DNA of 64,000 nt. Origin: Lentimicrobiaceae bacterium (lineage in GTDB: Bacteria > Bacteroidota > Bacteroidia > Bacteroidales > JAAYJT01). This document shows positions 9,346 to 19,506 of the stretch, in pieces. The notes below the pieces were generated by a model, which made no database searches, had not been told where the DNA came from, and saw nothing but the letters and a program-made list of their open reading frames with translations. Made by a program: the position numbers and the translations under genes. Positions within the stretch are counted from its first letter, which is position 1, and every line of letters begins with the position of its first letter. The DNA lies in assembly GCA_037446395.1 (NCBI GenBank), contig JBBIIP010000003.1, positions 33,339 through 97,338 on the forward strand. The letters are read 5' to 3'.

Positions 9346-10221
9346 TTATACCGCCGGTGCATTGCATAGAGGTTTTGTTTCAGTTTTTTTAGTGCCTGTG
9401 AACACATAATATTGTCTGCGTTTTTTAAGCAGGTAGATATTCAGTTTGATATTTATCCAATAGAAGACATAAAAAATCAGATCGCCAAAGAATCCTGATT
9501 TTATTCTGCTTCGCATCCAATACTTATAGTTCCTAAAGCCTTTTATCACCTCAGGGGTGATATTATTTTGTTTGTCAATGGCAAGACGGGCTTTTTCAAA
9601 TTCTCCCAAATAGGTATCAAGCCTCCAATGATGCAGAAGCATTTTGGGCTTCCAGGAGTTTTTTTCAACGGCTTTTTTGGGCCTCGTGGTGAGGATGTCA
9701 GCAATAAGAAACGCTCCATTTGGTTTAAGTACCCGTCCGATTTGTTTCAAAAAAGCAGGCTTGTCGGGATAGTGAAAAGCACTCTCGATACTTATCACAA
9801 CATCAAAACTATTGTCTTTTATCTTAGTGAGCTTTTGAGCGTCATCAACCAAGAAAAATATCCTTCTGAGATTTTTTACTCGCTTCTCCTGGTTGGCAAT
9901 TTTGATATTGGCGCGGCTCAAGTCAATTCCGGTTACATACTCGGGATTATATTTCTCCAAAATATAGCTTGCCTGAATACCGTTTCCACAACCGATCTCC
10001 AGCACTTTCTTGTTTTCCAGGCCATTAAGCAGTGAGATGCAATAATCTGTCAGGTTCTGCTGCGATTCGATAAACGATTCACCTACTTGCCGGTAATAGG
10101 GATAGTGAAGCATTGTATATTCCCCTGAAATTCTTTTCAATGCATTGTTCATTACACCATAATAATTTTTGGTGGATGTGCCTGAGCGCATCAGGCGAAT
10201 GGCCTGGAGAATGAATTTCAT
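9346..10221 (-). CDS. Class I SAM-dependent methyltransferase with a C-terminal hydrophobic segment
   Basis: SAM motif I VLEIGCGNGIQ, then GIDLS and DVVISIESAFHY. The C-terminal stretch FFGDLIFYVFYWINIKLNIYLL looks like a membrane helix. Confidence 0.7.
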   Translation of the reverse strand: MKFILQAIRLMRSGTSTKNYYGVMNNALKRISGEYTMLHYPYYRQVGESFIESQQNLTDYCISLLNGLENKKVLEIGCGNGIQASYILEKYNPEYVTGIDLSRANIKIANQEKRVKNLRRIFFLVDDAQKLTKIKDNSFDVVISIESAFHYPDKPAFLKQIGRVLKPNGAFLIADILTTRPKKAVEKNSWKPKMLLHHWRLDTYLGEFEKARLAIDKQNNITPEVIKGFRNYKYWMRSRIKSGFFGDLIFYVFYWINIKLNIYLLKKRRQYYVFTGTKKTETKPLCNAPAV

Positions 10222-10270
10222 GCGCTTTTAGGGGGTTGATGGCTATTTCGATTGGCTGCAAGTTTGTCTG

Positions 10271-13200
10271 TCATCGCACTATTACCAACTTGTTGCTTAT
10301 TTCTTCTGTCCCTTGCCCTTCAATTTTAACGCGGGTTTGACAGATATAAATTCCGCCTCCCAGGTGGGATCCGCTTTCATCAGTGCCATCCCAGGTAAAT
10401 ATTTCGGAACGATAGCCTACGGGCACCAATTTATCAGTAAGAACCTTGCACAATCTTCCATCAAACGAAAAAATCCGCACCTGAACCTCCAGCTCTTTCC
10501 CTGCCTGATTGTGCTCAAGTATAAATGTTGTTTGGTTCCTGAATGGGTTGGGATAGTTTAGCACTTTTTGGAGTGCAATCTGCAGAGAGCTTGCAACAAC
10601 AAATTCCGTTGTCGCTTCCGAAGAATTATTGTAGATATCCCACACTTTGAGCCTGAGTTTGTGCTCTCCATCGGGCAGGTTGAAAAACGGATATTTAATT
10701 TTTCCTTTCTTGTAGGTGTCGAGGTCGGCCTCATAGTAATCATTCAGAACCCTGGCCTTATCGTTTTGGTCATCAAGAACAGCGATGATATCGTGTCCTA
10801 TTCCCGTTCCGGTTGTATTAATTCCGCTTTCATCCGAAACGATTGCATAAAGCAATGGGTTTTCGTGTGTGGTACCACCCTTCCGAAAATTCTCATCATT
10901 TATAAAAAGCGCAATATCAGGACCTTTTGCATCAATACTGGCAAGTTGATTAAATCCACCAACCAGCACCGAATCGCTGTATCCGTGTGCATCCTGCGAC
11001 TTTTCCCTTGCATAGTAGCTTATTTTTCCAAAGCCAACTTTATAGGCAATATCTTTGGGAACGATAAAGGAAAACTCAAATAAGCCATTTTTAACATTGG
11101 ATTTTCCTTTATAAAGTATATTGCGTTGAAGCCCAAAGCTGAAAGGGGGTTCTCCATCGTTTGCAAGCGATGTTATTGTAATTGCTTTGTCGAAAACAAT
11201 CGGGATAACTTCGCCATTGAATCCTGATAAAGTAGCTCCGGAATAATCAATGATTTTACCGTTGAAAGTAACCCGTGAAAGTGCCTTGAGTGTGTCAGCA
11301 GATGTATTTAACGGTATCTGGTTTAAGGACGTGGTAACTACTTTGTGGGTCGGGATGGCAAGACGAACAGCTGGATCGCCCAGCAGAATGAATTTCCGCG
11401 AATTAGTGTTAGGAATATTTCGTTTCGCAAGCCTAAGCACATCACCCAGGCGGTAGAATTGGTTGTTTTCGCGCTCAAAGATATTGTGATACACCCTTTG
11501 ATGCAAAACATAATTATCTGATGCATAAGTAGGTCTGGTAGTTGTAAACAATGCAATTCCTCCACCATTCGGGTTAAGCAGTACCAGTTCTCCGGCCGAA
11601 AGCAGGTTGGGGTCATCGTAGTATGCAAACTCGCAGGTGGCTGTTATAAACAAAGGAAGTTTATCAGCATTTGTCCATTTATTAATATCTGCCGGCTCGA
11701 GCACACGCTCATGACCCCACCCAAGCACGCCACCGTGCCCAGTGTAGTTCATGATCAGCGTCCCTTTCTCGATCCTTTTATTGATGGCCTCGTTCACTTC
11801 CGGATATCTTTGTCCACCAGGGGTACGAACCTGTTGATAGGCATCAAAATATATCTTATCAATGTTGAAGGCCTTGTTTTTGTCAGCAATTGTACTCACC
11901 AACTTTTCCGCATCGTCCATGTGCAGGCCTTGGTCCTCGTCGTCGGCAACAAAGCAAATGTTGTTTCGCCACTCGCCCATGTTGCTCGAAGTGGGCGAGG
12001 CATAACGGATAATTTTATCTACCATTTGGGCGGCTTGCTTAACAGTAGATACTGGAAGACGGCCAATTCCAGAATCAATATTGTCAGTAAAATTTGTTCC
12101 TTCGTGATCTTCGAGGAAGCCAAAGAAATCGTCAGTGGCATAGGTATCGGTTTCGTGTAAAGAACTTTGTGATTGCCAGCAAGGAACAAAATTAGTGTTG
12201 TTTTTAATTTTGTCTTTATAGTCATAAGATGCATCGCCAAATAACAATAAATATTTCAGTGGTTTGTTTGTTCCACCCCGGTCGAACAACATCTTTGCAA
12301 AATCGCGGATCGCAGAAATATCCTGGCTCCCGGACGAAAATTCATTGTATATCTGGTTGGTTGTAGTAACCGAAACAACCAGCCCCGAATGGGAGGTGTG
12401 AAAGGCCGCCAGTCGCCTGGCTTCGTCAAGAAACAAAGGGTTGGTCACAATAATCATATCCGGGGTTGATATGGCATGCAGATTTTGGTTTGTTACCCGC
12501 TCAACGAAGGTGGGTTTAATGGCTTTGAGAGGATCGAATGCGATGAATTCGCGCAATTGATCCGTCAATAACCTGAAGGTCTGAATGCTGCCATCTACAA
12601 GTGTTGCCTGCCTCATCACATTTTGTGTGTTGGTAATATCCCAAACCTGAATTGTTGAAGGTGCACCGGTCAGCCTGAATTCAGAAATTCGGTTTGGTCC
12701 GAGAGATGATATGCTTCTGAAGATCAGGGATTCGTCAGTCATTGCAAGCCCTCGTTTGCTGTGCAGGGTAATCCTGTTCAACCAGCCGATGGAGGGGCTG
12801 CTGCTACGATTGTATGTAATTTTCACTTTAATTTGTGGGGTCGTGCTAACAAGGTTGCGAATGGCTATTGATTCGCGGGCAAAATCTCCGTAGGAGGCAC
12901 TGCTCGAAACCCCACTGATGGGTAAAACAATGGCTGTACCGTTGACATCGAGTGAGAAGGAGCTGCCAACAAACGATCGCGCCGCTAGCACTGCCCTAAA
13001 GCGAATCAAGGAATCGGTCAAAAGGTTTGGTACTGAAAAATTAAATTCACGCACGGTAACTGCTTCAAAAATTTCTCCATACCATTCCCTGCCCGACTTA
13101 ATCAGGTTTATATCGTTTTTTTCGTAGGCCTGCAAATCATCAAAGCTGTTTATGACTATGTTTGCGTGCGATGTGCTACTGGGTTGTGATGTTATTCGCT

Positions 13201-14074
13201 TTCCGGCACCTTTGTCAGCAGTAAGAAAGTAATAGGTGAAATCCGAATAAAGATTCATCTGGTAATCGAAGGTGCGGGATGAGGCAGAATATTTCCATTT
13301 ATGAGGACTTTCTCCATAAAATAAAATTTGATCAGAGGTATTAAACACACCATCCTCTTCACCCAATATAAGAATGGCAATTTCAGCCAGGTCGTCGTAT
13401 CGGGGTGTCAGGTTCGCCTCGGGAAGCATGCCGCCACCATGTCCAAACATCCTTATATTTTTCGGATTCAGTGTGGCTGGATCAAGGCCTGCGCTCCTAA
13501 GCTCGTCAAAAGTAATTCGATGAACGCCAGATTCTTTCGTTGAGAATTTAAACCACCTGCCGGTCGCAAGCATTGATTCTGAAGCATAAACTCTTGACTG
13601 CTTTAGATTTAGTGTTTTAGGTTCTTGCGCCAGAAATAGTCGTAGCTCAAAAGAAACTACCCGCTCCATCAGTCCCGTTTCAGGGTTCTTCCTGATTGGA
13701 ATAAATGCCACGAAAGCCCTGGGCATTTCTTCGCGCGGGATTGAAACAAAACGTATGCTGATTGAATCGCTGATCAATCCGACACCTTCAAAAACTTTGC
13801 AAACTGATCTTTCGATTGGTTGAGTGATAATATTCGAAATGACAACATTGATGAGTTTCTGACCTTTTGGGAGCTCAAAAAATTCCTGATATTCAGGAAT
13901 AAAAGTATTTTGAACAAAAACGGAGCCTTCAAAACGCATGATGGTAATCTGTGTTTGATCAACAGAGATTTTGTACGGGTGGTTCCAAACCAGGCTCCTG
14001 TGATGCACTTCAGCCCCTCTGGCAAAAGAAGAAAATAAGAGGAGAAATAAAAGCTGAATGGTAAATTTCATCAT
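10271..14074 (-). CDS. porU: T9SS C-terminal signal peptidase/sortase PorU (C25 gingipain-like)
   Basis: 1267 aa with a signal peptide. C25-like catalytic motifs NYTGHGG (His) and FITATCEF (Cys). The C-terminal sorting-domain-like segment contains NYPNPF and ends in KLVIVR. Confidence 0.85.
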   Translation of the reverse strand: MMKFTIQLLFLLLFSSFARGAEVHHRSLVWNHPYKISVDQTQITIMRFEGSVFVQNTFIPEYQEFFELPKGQKLINVVISNIITQPIERSVCKVFEGVGLISDSISIRFVSIPREEMPRAFVAFIPIRKNPETGLMERVVSFELRLFLAQEPKTLNLKQSRVYASESMLATGRWFKFSTKESGVHRITFDELRSAGLDPATLNPKNIRMFGHGGGMLPEANLTPRYDDLAEIAILILGEEDGVFNTSDQILFYGESPHKWKYSASSRTFDYQMNLYSDFTYYFLTADKGAGKRITSQPSSTSHANIVINSFDDLQAYEKNDINLIKSGREWYGEIFEAVTVREFNFSVPNLLTDSLIRFRAVLAARSFVGSSFSLDVNGTAIVLPISGVSSSASYGDFARESIAIRNLVSTTPQIKVKITYNRSSSPSIGWLNRITLHSKRGLAMTDESLIFRSISSLGPNRISEFRLTGAPSTIQVWDITNTQNVMRQATLVDGSIQTFRLLTDQLREFIAFDPLKAIKPTFVERVTNQNLHAISTPDMIIVTNPLFLDEARRLAAFHTSHSGLVVSVTTTNQIYNEFSSGSQDISAIRDFAKMLFDRGGTNKPLKYLLLFGDASYDYKDKIKNNTNFVPCWQSQSSLHETDTYATDDFFGFLEDHEGTNFTDNIDSGIGRLPVSTVKQAAQMVDKIIRYASPTSSNMGEWRNNICFVADDEDQGLHMDDAEKLVSTIADKNKAFNIDKIYFDAYQQVRTPGGQRYPEVNEAINKRIEKGTLIMNYTGHGGVLGWGHERVLEPADINKWTNADKLPLFITATCEFAYYDDPNLLSAGELVLLNPNGGGIALFTTTRPTYASDNYVLHQRVYHNIFERENNQFYRLGDVLRLAKRNIPNTNSRKFILLGDPAVRLAIPTHKVVTTSLNQIPLNTSADTLKALSRVTFNGKIIDYSGATLSGFNGEVIPIVFDKAITITSLANDGEPPFSFGLQRNILYKGKSNVKNGLFEFSFIVPKDIAYKVGFGKISYYAREKSQDAHGYSDSVLVGGFNQLASIDAKGPDIALFINDENFRKGGTTHENPLLYAIVSDESGINTTGTGIGHDIIAVLDDQNDKARVLNDYYEADLDTYKKGKIKYPFFNLPDGEHKLRLKVWDIYNNSSEATTEFVVASSLQIALQKVLNYPNPFRNQTTFILEHNQAGKELEVQVRIFSFDGRLCKVLTDKLVPVGYRSEIFTWDGTDESGSHLGGGIYICQTRVKIEGQGTEEISNKLVIVR

Positions 14075-14354
14075 GGAGCAGTTTTAGATATTTTGGTCTA
14101 AGCCATTATAGCACAACATTTAGCATCGCCTGAAATATAAAATTGAGGCAATCGGAAAAAAGAACCTACAATCGTGCGGCGAATTTGCTTCAAAATAGTC
14201 TTTTGTGGGTAATCAACCATAAAACGATGGCGCATTTATATTATTGTCGGACTTGCCTTCTCAAATCATTAAAGAAACAACAAGCAAGCCTGCAAACACT
14301 TTAATTGGCCAAAATTCGTTTAACAATTTTACATGATGCGGTTTTCTATGGGAC

Positions 14355-14389
14355 TTTGATTATTTTTGCAAAAAATTGTAGTACTTTCG
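14355..14389 (+). promoter_or_regulatory. Possible Bacteroidota sigma-A promoter for the PorP/SprF-gldJ array
   Basis: TACTTTCG at 14382-14389 has one mismatch to the -7 motif TAnnTTTG. TTTG at 14355-14358 lies 23 nt upstream. The ATG is at 14414. Confidence 0.25.
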
Positions 14390-14413
14390 TTTCTGAAATA
14401 AGTTAAAACCCGC

Positions 14414-15415
14414 ATGAGGTATTGGGCATTTTCCTTCCTTTTGCTACTTGCCTTCTCATCCAATGGGCTCGTTGCTGTGGCTCAGGATGCTCAGTTTTCG
14501 CAGTTCTACGGAAATCCCCTATACCTGAATCCTGCACTGGCAGGCAATAAAATTTGCCCCAGAATCACACTCAACTATCGAAACCAGTGGCCATCTATCC
14601 CTGCCACTTTTGTTACCTACAGTGTTTCAGCCGATAGATTTGTTGAAGCCGTAAATGGAGGAGTGGGGCTCATGGCTGTTTCAGATAATGCCGGTGGAGG
14701 AATATTAACAAACAATGCTCTCAGCGCAATATATTCCTACAGGCTTGAAATTAATCGGGAAATGACTTTAAATGCCGGGTTTCAGGCCACTTTTCAGCAG
14801 GTTAGCCTTGACTGGAACAGGTTGATTTTCGAAAGTCAGCTTCAGAATCCAGCCATTCCGGAACCCAGACCTGAATCGCTTACAAAAATGTTTCCTGATT
14901 TTTCAGCCGGATTTCTACTGGGGTTTTACTACGACTATTATTTTGGGATTGCAGCCCACCACCTGACCCAACCCAATATTAGTTTTTATGACAAGAATTC
15001 TGATTCTGTTGAAAACAAGCAGCACATGAAGATAACTGCCCATGCCGGCGCCATTTTCAACCTTCAAAAGTCCTCGAGATTTCTTGATCCGAACAGGGCG
15101 CCCACCATTTCACCAAATATCTTATTTCAGCAACAAGGCCAATCCAGGCAATTAAATCTTGGCATATATACTACGCTATATCCTATTACCATTGGTTTTT
15201 GGTACAGATATGCATTCAACAATTCTGATGCCGTGATTACCTTGCTAGGGTTTGAGTATGAAAAATTGAAAATTGGCTACACCTATGATTATACGGTGTC
15301 ATCATTGAGTAATGCCACAGGAGGATCGCACGAAATATCGCTTGCGTGGATATTGCCCTGCATCGAAACAGGTAAAAACAACCGGCTTAGGGCAATAAAA
15401 GTGACACCTTTTTAG
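14414..15415 (+). CDS. PorP/SprF-family T9SS membrane protein
   Basis: A signal peptide is followed by QDAQFSQFYGNPLYLNPALAG, the hallmark N-terminus of the PorP/SprF family. 333 aa. Confidence 0.8.
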   Translation: MRYWAFSFLLLLAFSSNGLVAVAQDAQFSQFYGNPLYLNPALAGNKICPRITLNYRNQWPSIPATFVTYSVSADRFVEAVNGGVGLMAVSDNAGGGILTNNALSAIYSYRLEINREMTLNAGFQATFQQVSLDWNRLIFESQLQNPAIPEPRPESLTKMFPDFSAGFLLGFYYDYYFGIAAHHLTQPNISFYDKNSDSVENKQHMKITAHAGAIFNLQKSSRFLDPNRAPTISPNILFQQQGQSRQLNLGIYTTLYPITIGFWYRYAFNNSDAVITLLGFEYEKLKIGYTYDYTVSSLSNATGGSHEISLAWILPCIETGKNNRLRAIKVTPF

Positions 15416-15444
15416 TTATCCCGAAAACAAAATTTTATTCTGAC

Positions 15445-16926
15445 ATGATCACCAAAAACAGAGCCCTGAATTTGCTTGCAGTCTCGATTTTGATTGCCCT
15501 CAACTTCTCATGCTCAAAAAAACAAACATCCAGCTCTACAGGATGGGAATATAACAACGCCAAAGTCGGGGGGTTCGAGGTTTCGCCATATCGGGAGCAA
15601 ATCACTGGCCCCGGGCTTGTGCTCGTCGAAGGCGGTAAATTCACAATGGGACAAACCTTGGATAATCCGATGTATGAGTGGGATAATCAGCCACGAAGTG
15701 TAACAGTGCCAAGTTTTTATATGGACGAAACTGAGGTGAGCAATCTTGATTATCTCGAATACCTGTTCTGGTTGAGGCGTGTGTTCGGAACTAACCATCC
15801 TGAAGTATACTACAAAGCATTGCCCGATACCCTGGTGTGGCGCGAGAAACTTGCCTACAACGAACCACTCGTAGACTATTATCTCAGACATCCCGCCTAC
15901 CATAACTATCCTGTTGTTGGAGTGAGTTGGCGGCAAGCCAATGAATATTGCACCTGGAGAACTGACCGCGTGAATGAAATGCTGCTTGTTAAGCAAGGAA
16001 TCCTTGACTATGATCCTGACCAGCGCGATGCAAACAATTTCAATACTGAAGCATATCTTGCAGGCCAATACCAGGGATTGGTCAACAAGCCCCTGCGCGA
16101 TTTGAATCCAGCCGGTACAGGAGAAAGACAAGTTCGGATGGAGGATGGCATTTTGCTTCCACTTTATCGTCTGCCAACTGAAGCCGAGTGGGAGTATGCA
16201 GCCCTGGGCCTCATCGGAAATTCAGCCTATGAGCGAGTTGTTGAAAGACGCTCGTATCCCTGGCAAGGGAACAGCATGCGAGAAGACGGAAAAAAATCTT
16301 CAGGCCAGTTCAGGGCCAATTTTCGTCGTGGCCGTGGCGATTATATGGGTGTGGCCGGTCGGTTGAATGATGCAGCCGATATTCCTAATGCCGTGAGATC
16401 GTATACTTCGAATGACTATGGCCTTTATAACATGGCAGGAAATGTGGCAGAATGGGTTCTTGATGTATACAGACCGTTAACATTTCAGGATGTCGCCGAC
16501 TATCGACCTTACCGCGGCAATGTGTTTACCACCCGTGAGAAAGATGCAGAAGGGTTGCTTGTCGAAAAAGACTTCATGGGAAGAATCAAGAAGAGAGAAG
16601 TAACTGCCGAAGAAACTACCGACCGGTATAATTATCGCAGAGCCAACAACATTAATTATCGTGACGGCGACCCCCAAAGCCTGATTGGAGCAAATTGGAA
16701 CCAAGCAACCGACACAATAACTACCAAAGCCATGTATGACTATGGCAAAACCTCCCTGATAAGCGATAAATCGCGTGTTTACAAGGGGGGCTCCTGGCGC
16801 GATCCGGCGTATTATCTTAGCCCAAGTGTGCGCCGCTTTATGGAAGAGGATAAATCAACCAATTATATTGGTTTCCGTTGTGCGATGACCCGCGTTGGAA
16901 GCTCAAATCATAACCGTAAAAAATAA
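15445..16926 (+). CDS. gldJ: Gliding-motility lipoprotein GldJ (FGE-sulfatase fold)
   Basis: The lipoprotein signal ends in ALNFSC. SUMF1/FGE-type motifs VSWRQANEYCTW, YRLPTEAEWEYAA, KGGSWRD and GFRCA are present. It is followed by murF, as in Flavobacterium gldJ loci, and not by gldLMN, which would indicate the paralogue gldK. Confidence 0.75.
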   Translation: MITKNRALNLLAVSILIALNFSCSKKQTSSSTGWEYNNAKVGGFEVSPYREQITGPGLVLVEGGKFTMGQTLDNPMYEWDNQPRSVTVPSFYMDETEVSNLDYLEYLFWLRRVFGTNHPEVYYKALPDTLVWREKLAYNEPLVDYYLRHPAYHNYPVVGVSWRQANEYCTWRTDRVNEMLLVKQGILDYDPDQRDANNFNTEAYLAGQYQGLVNKPLRDLNPAGTGERQVRMEDGILLPLYRLPTEAEWEYAALGLIGNSAYERVVERRSYPWQGNSMREDGKKSSGQFRANFRRGRGDYMGVAGRLNDAADIPNAVRSYTSNDYGLYNMAGNVAEWVLDVYRPLTFQDVADYRPYRGNVFTTREKDAEGLLVEKDFMGRIKKREVTAEETTDRYNYRRANNINYRDGDPQSLIGANWNQATDTITTKAMYDYGKTSLISDKSRVYKGGSWRDPAYYLSPSVRRFMEEDKSTNYIGFRCAMTRVGSSNHNRKK

Positions 16927-17035
16927 CAGCGAATTCCCTGGAATTTGATAATTGTCACCCACCTCTTAATCAAAGTTGGAGAGAATTATCACTTCGTTCT
17001 ATGTAATTGACTCTTGGAATTATTGAATATATTTA

Positions 17036-18343
17036 ATGTCTGCATTAAGCCAAATTACGATCGAAGAACTTTATCGTATCTATCAATCCCATCAGATTAT
17101 TAGCACTGATTCGAGAAAAATCACTCAAGGAGCTCTTTTCTTTGCCTTAAAAGGAGAACATTTTGACGGCAACCAATTTGCTGCCCGTGCACTCGAAAAT
17201 GGCGCAGCCTATGCAGTGGTTGATGATCCGAAAGTAGTTGATTCCGAGCAGTTTATTCTTGTTTCTGATACACTTGTTGCTTTGCAACAACTTGCCCTCT
17301 ATCATCGCAAGCATCTTAATCTGAAGATCATTGCCATCACCGGCTCTAATGGCAAAACAACCACAAAAGAGCTTATTTCAGCAGTGCTTTCTACCCGGCA
17401 TCAAGTAATATCAACAGCAGGAAACTATAACAATCATATTGGAGTTCCGCTAACCTTGCTGCGTATTGGCAAACAGCATGATATAGCTGTAATTGAAATG
17501 GGGGCGAATCACCAAGGGGAAATAGATGCGTATTGCAATATTGCACTACCTACGCATGGTCTGATCACTAATATAGGTAAAGCCCATCTCGAAGGCTTTG
17601 GTGGAATCGAAGGCGTGGAACGAGCCAAAACAGAATTGTACAGATACATACAGAGCCAATCGGAGGTTCTTTTTGTTGATTTAGATAACCCTCTGTTAAT
17701 CAAGCATGCAAAAAACTCGAACATGGTTACCTATGCCGAGCATCACCCAGCTGATTATCGGGGAGAAAATATTTCAACACATCAATTTTTATCCATTCGC
17801 TGGTTCGAAAACGATTTGAGCTATGAACTCCAATCCCAGCTTATCGGGTCTTACAATTTAAAGAACATCCTTGCAGCCATTTGTGTGGGTCGCTATTTTG
17901 AGGTGCCACCGGATAAGGTTATTCAAGCCATTGAATCATATTCGCCAAGCAACAATCGCTCGCAGGTCGTAAGTACTTTGCGCAATACCATCCTGCTCGA
18001 TGCATACAACGCCAATCCTACGAGCATGGCGGCTGCCATTGAGAATTTTACTAATTACCCGGGAAAGAATAAAGTTTGTGTTCTCGGCGATATGCTTGAA
18101 TTGGGGTCTTATACCAACCAAGAACATCAAAAAATTTTGGATCAGCTGGCCAGCAAGAATTTTGAAACTGTGTTGCTTGTGGGAGAAAATTTCTATGCCA
18201 ATAAATGCGATTTTCCATTTCATTTTTTTCATTCATCAAAGGATGCAATTGAATGGTTAAGAAAGAACAGGTTAGCCGAAAAAACAATACTTATAAAGGG
18301 TTCAAGAAAACTTTGCCTCGAAGATCTTACACCTGATCTTTAA
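17036..18343 (+). CDS. murF: UDP-N-acetylmuramoyl-tripeptide--D-alanyl-D-alanine ligase
   Basis: Mur-ligase ATP loop GSNGKTTTKE, DAYNANP, and the overall MurF layout. Confidence 0.9.
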   Translation: MSALSQITIEELYRIYQSHQIISTDSRKITQGALFFALKGEHFDGNQFAARALENGAAYAVVDDPKVVDSEQFILVSDTLVALQQLALYHRKHLNLKIIAITGSNGKTTTKELISAVLSTRHQVISTAGNYNNHIGVPLTLLRIGKQHDIAVIEMGANHQGEIDAYCNIALPTHGLITNIGKAHLEGFGGIEGVERAKTELYRYIQSQSEVLFVDLDNPLLIKHAKNSNMVTYAEHHPADYRGENISTHQFLSIRWFENDLSYELQSQLIGSYNLKNILAAICVGRYFEVPPDKVIQAIESYSPSNNRSQVVSTLRNTILLDAYNANPTSMAAAIENFTNYPGKNKVCVLGDMLELGSYTNQEHQKILDQLASKNFETVLLVGENFYANKCDFPFHFFHSSKDAIEWLRKNRLAEKTILIKGSRKLCLEDLTPDL

Positions 18344-18347
18344 TAGC

Positions 18348-19460
18348 ATGGGCAAAAAAAATCAGGAAATTTACACTGTACTTGGAGTCATGTCAGGGAC
18401 TTCTCTCGACGGCCTTGATATGGCATTGTGTGAATTCGTAAAAGGAAAGAACAATGAATGGACATTCAATGTTTTGAAGTCCAGTATGATTCCTTTTGAC
18501 TATGCGTGGAAAGAGCGGCTTGGCTCAGTTTTTAATTCAAGTGCATCAGAGCTTGCAGAAGCACATATTGATTTTGGCAGATTTACAGGGCTGCAGATCA
18601 ACGATTTTTTGAAAAACAGTGCTATCAGGCCGGTGCTAATCTCCTCTCATGGCCACACGGTTTATCATAATTCGGCCAGGGGCATTACTTTTCAGATTGG
18701 CTCGGGGGCAGAAATAGCCGCCGCAACAGGCATAGCCGCTGCCTGCGATTTTCGAACCACAGACATCGCATTAGGAGGGCAGGGAGCACCTTTGGTCCCT
18801 GTGGGAGATAAAATTCTTTTTGGGCAATACCAATCCTGCCTTAACCTGGGTGGCTTTTCAAATATTTCATTCGACCATAATCTTCAGCGAGTTGCATTTG
18901 ATATTTGCCCTGTCAACATTGTTCTAAATGATTTAGCAACACGACTTGGCCAACCATATGATTATGATGGCATATTGGCACGTGCCGGCACTATAAATGA
19001 CGATTTGCTTGCAGCCCTTGATTCCCTGGAATTTTATCTGTCGAAACAGCCTAAATCGCTTGGGCGAGAATGGGTTAGTGCAAATATAATGCCTTTGCTC
19101 GATTCAGCGCAAATTTCGCTGCAGGATAAAATGAGAACAATGGTCGAGCATATTGCAAATCAAATCAGCAATGCTTTTCGACAATTCAAACTGAAAACTG
19201 TCCTGGCAACCGGCGGGGGCACCTATAATGGTTTTCTGATGGAAAGGATCATGATGCTTGGCCATTCAGAAATAATAGTGCCTGATAAGGTAATCGTTGA
19301 TTACAAGGAGGCATTGGTTTTTGCGTTTTTAGGATTACTCAGGCATCTGGGCCAACCAAACTGCTACTCAAGCGTTACGGGAGCTTTCAGTGATTGTTCC
19401 GGAGGTGCTATCTACTTGCCACCACTTAAAGTTGCGGAGCAATATAAAATAAGCAACTGA
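18348..19460 (+). CDS. anmK: Anhydro-N-acetylmuramic acid kinase
   Basis: N-terminal GVMSGTSLDGLD and later ATGGGTYN. It starts 4 nt after murF. Confidence 0.88.
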   Translation: MGKKNQEIYTVLGVMSGTSLDGLDMALCEFVKGKNNEWTFNVLKSSMIPFDYAWKERLGSVFNSSASELAEAHIDFGRFTGLQINDFLKNSAIRPVLISSHGHTVYHNSARGITFQIGSGAEIAAATGIAAACDFRTTDIALGGQGAPLVPVGDKILFGQYQSCLNLGGFSNISFDHNLQRVAFDICPVNIVLNDLATRLGQPYDYDGILARAGTINDDLLAALDSLEFYLSKQPKSLGREWVSANIMPLLDSAQISLQDKMRTMVEHIANQISNAFRQFKLKTVLATGGGTYNGFLMERIMMLGHSEIIVPDKVIVDYKEALVFAFLGLLRHLGQPNCYSSVTGAFSDCSGGAIYLPPLKVAEQYKISN

Positions 19461-19506
19461 TCATTTCGTTTTATCCTTTTATACATGCCCGATTATCCGC
19501 CACTTT

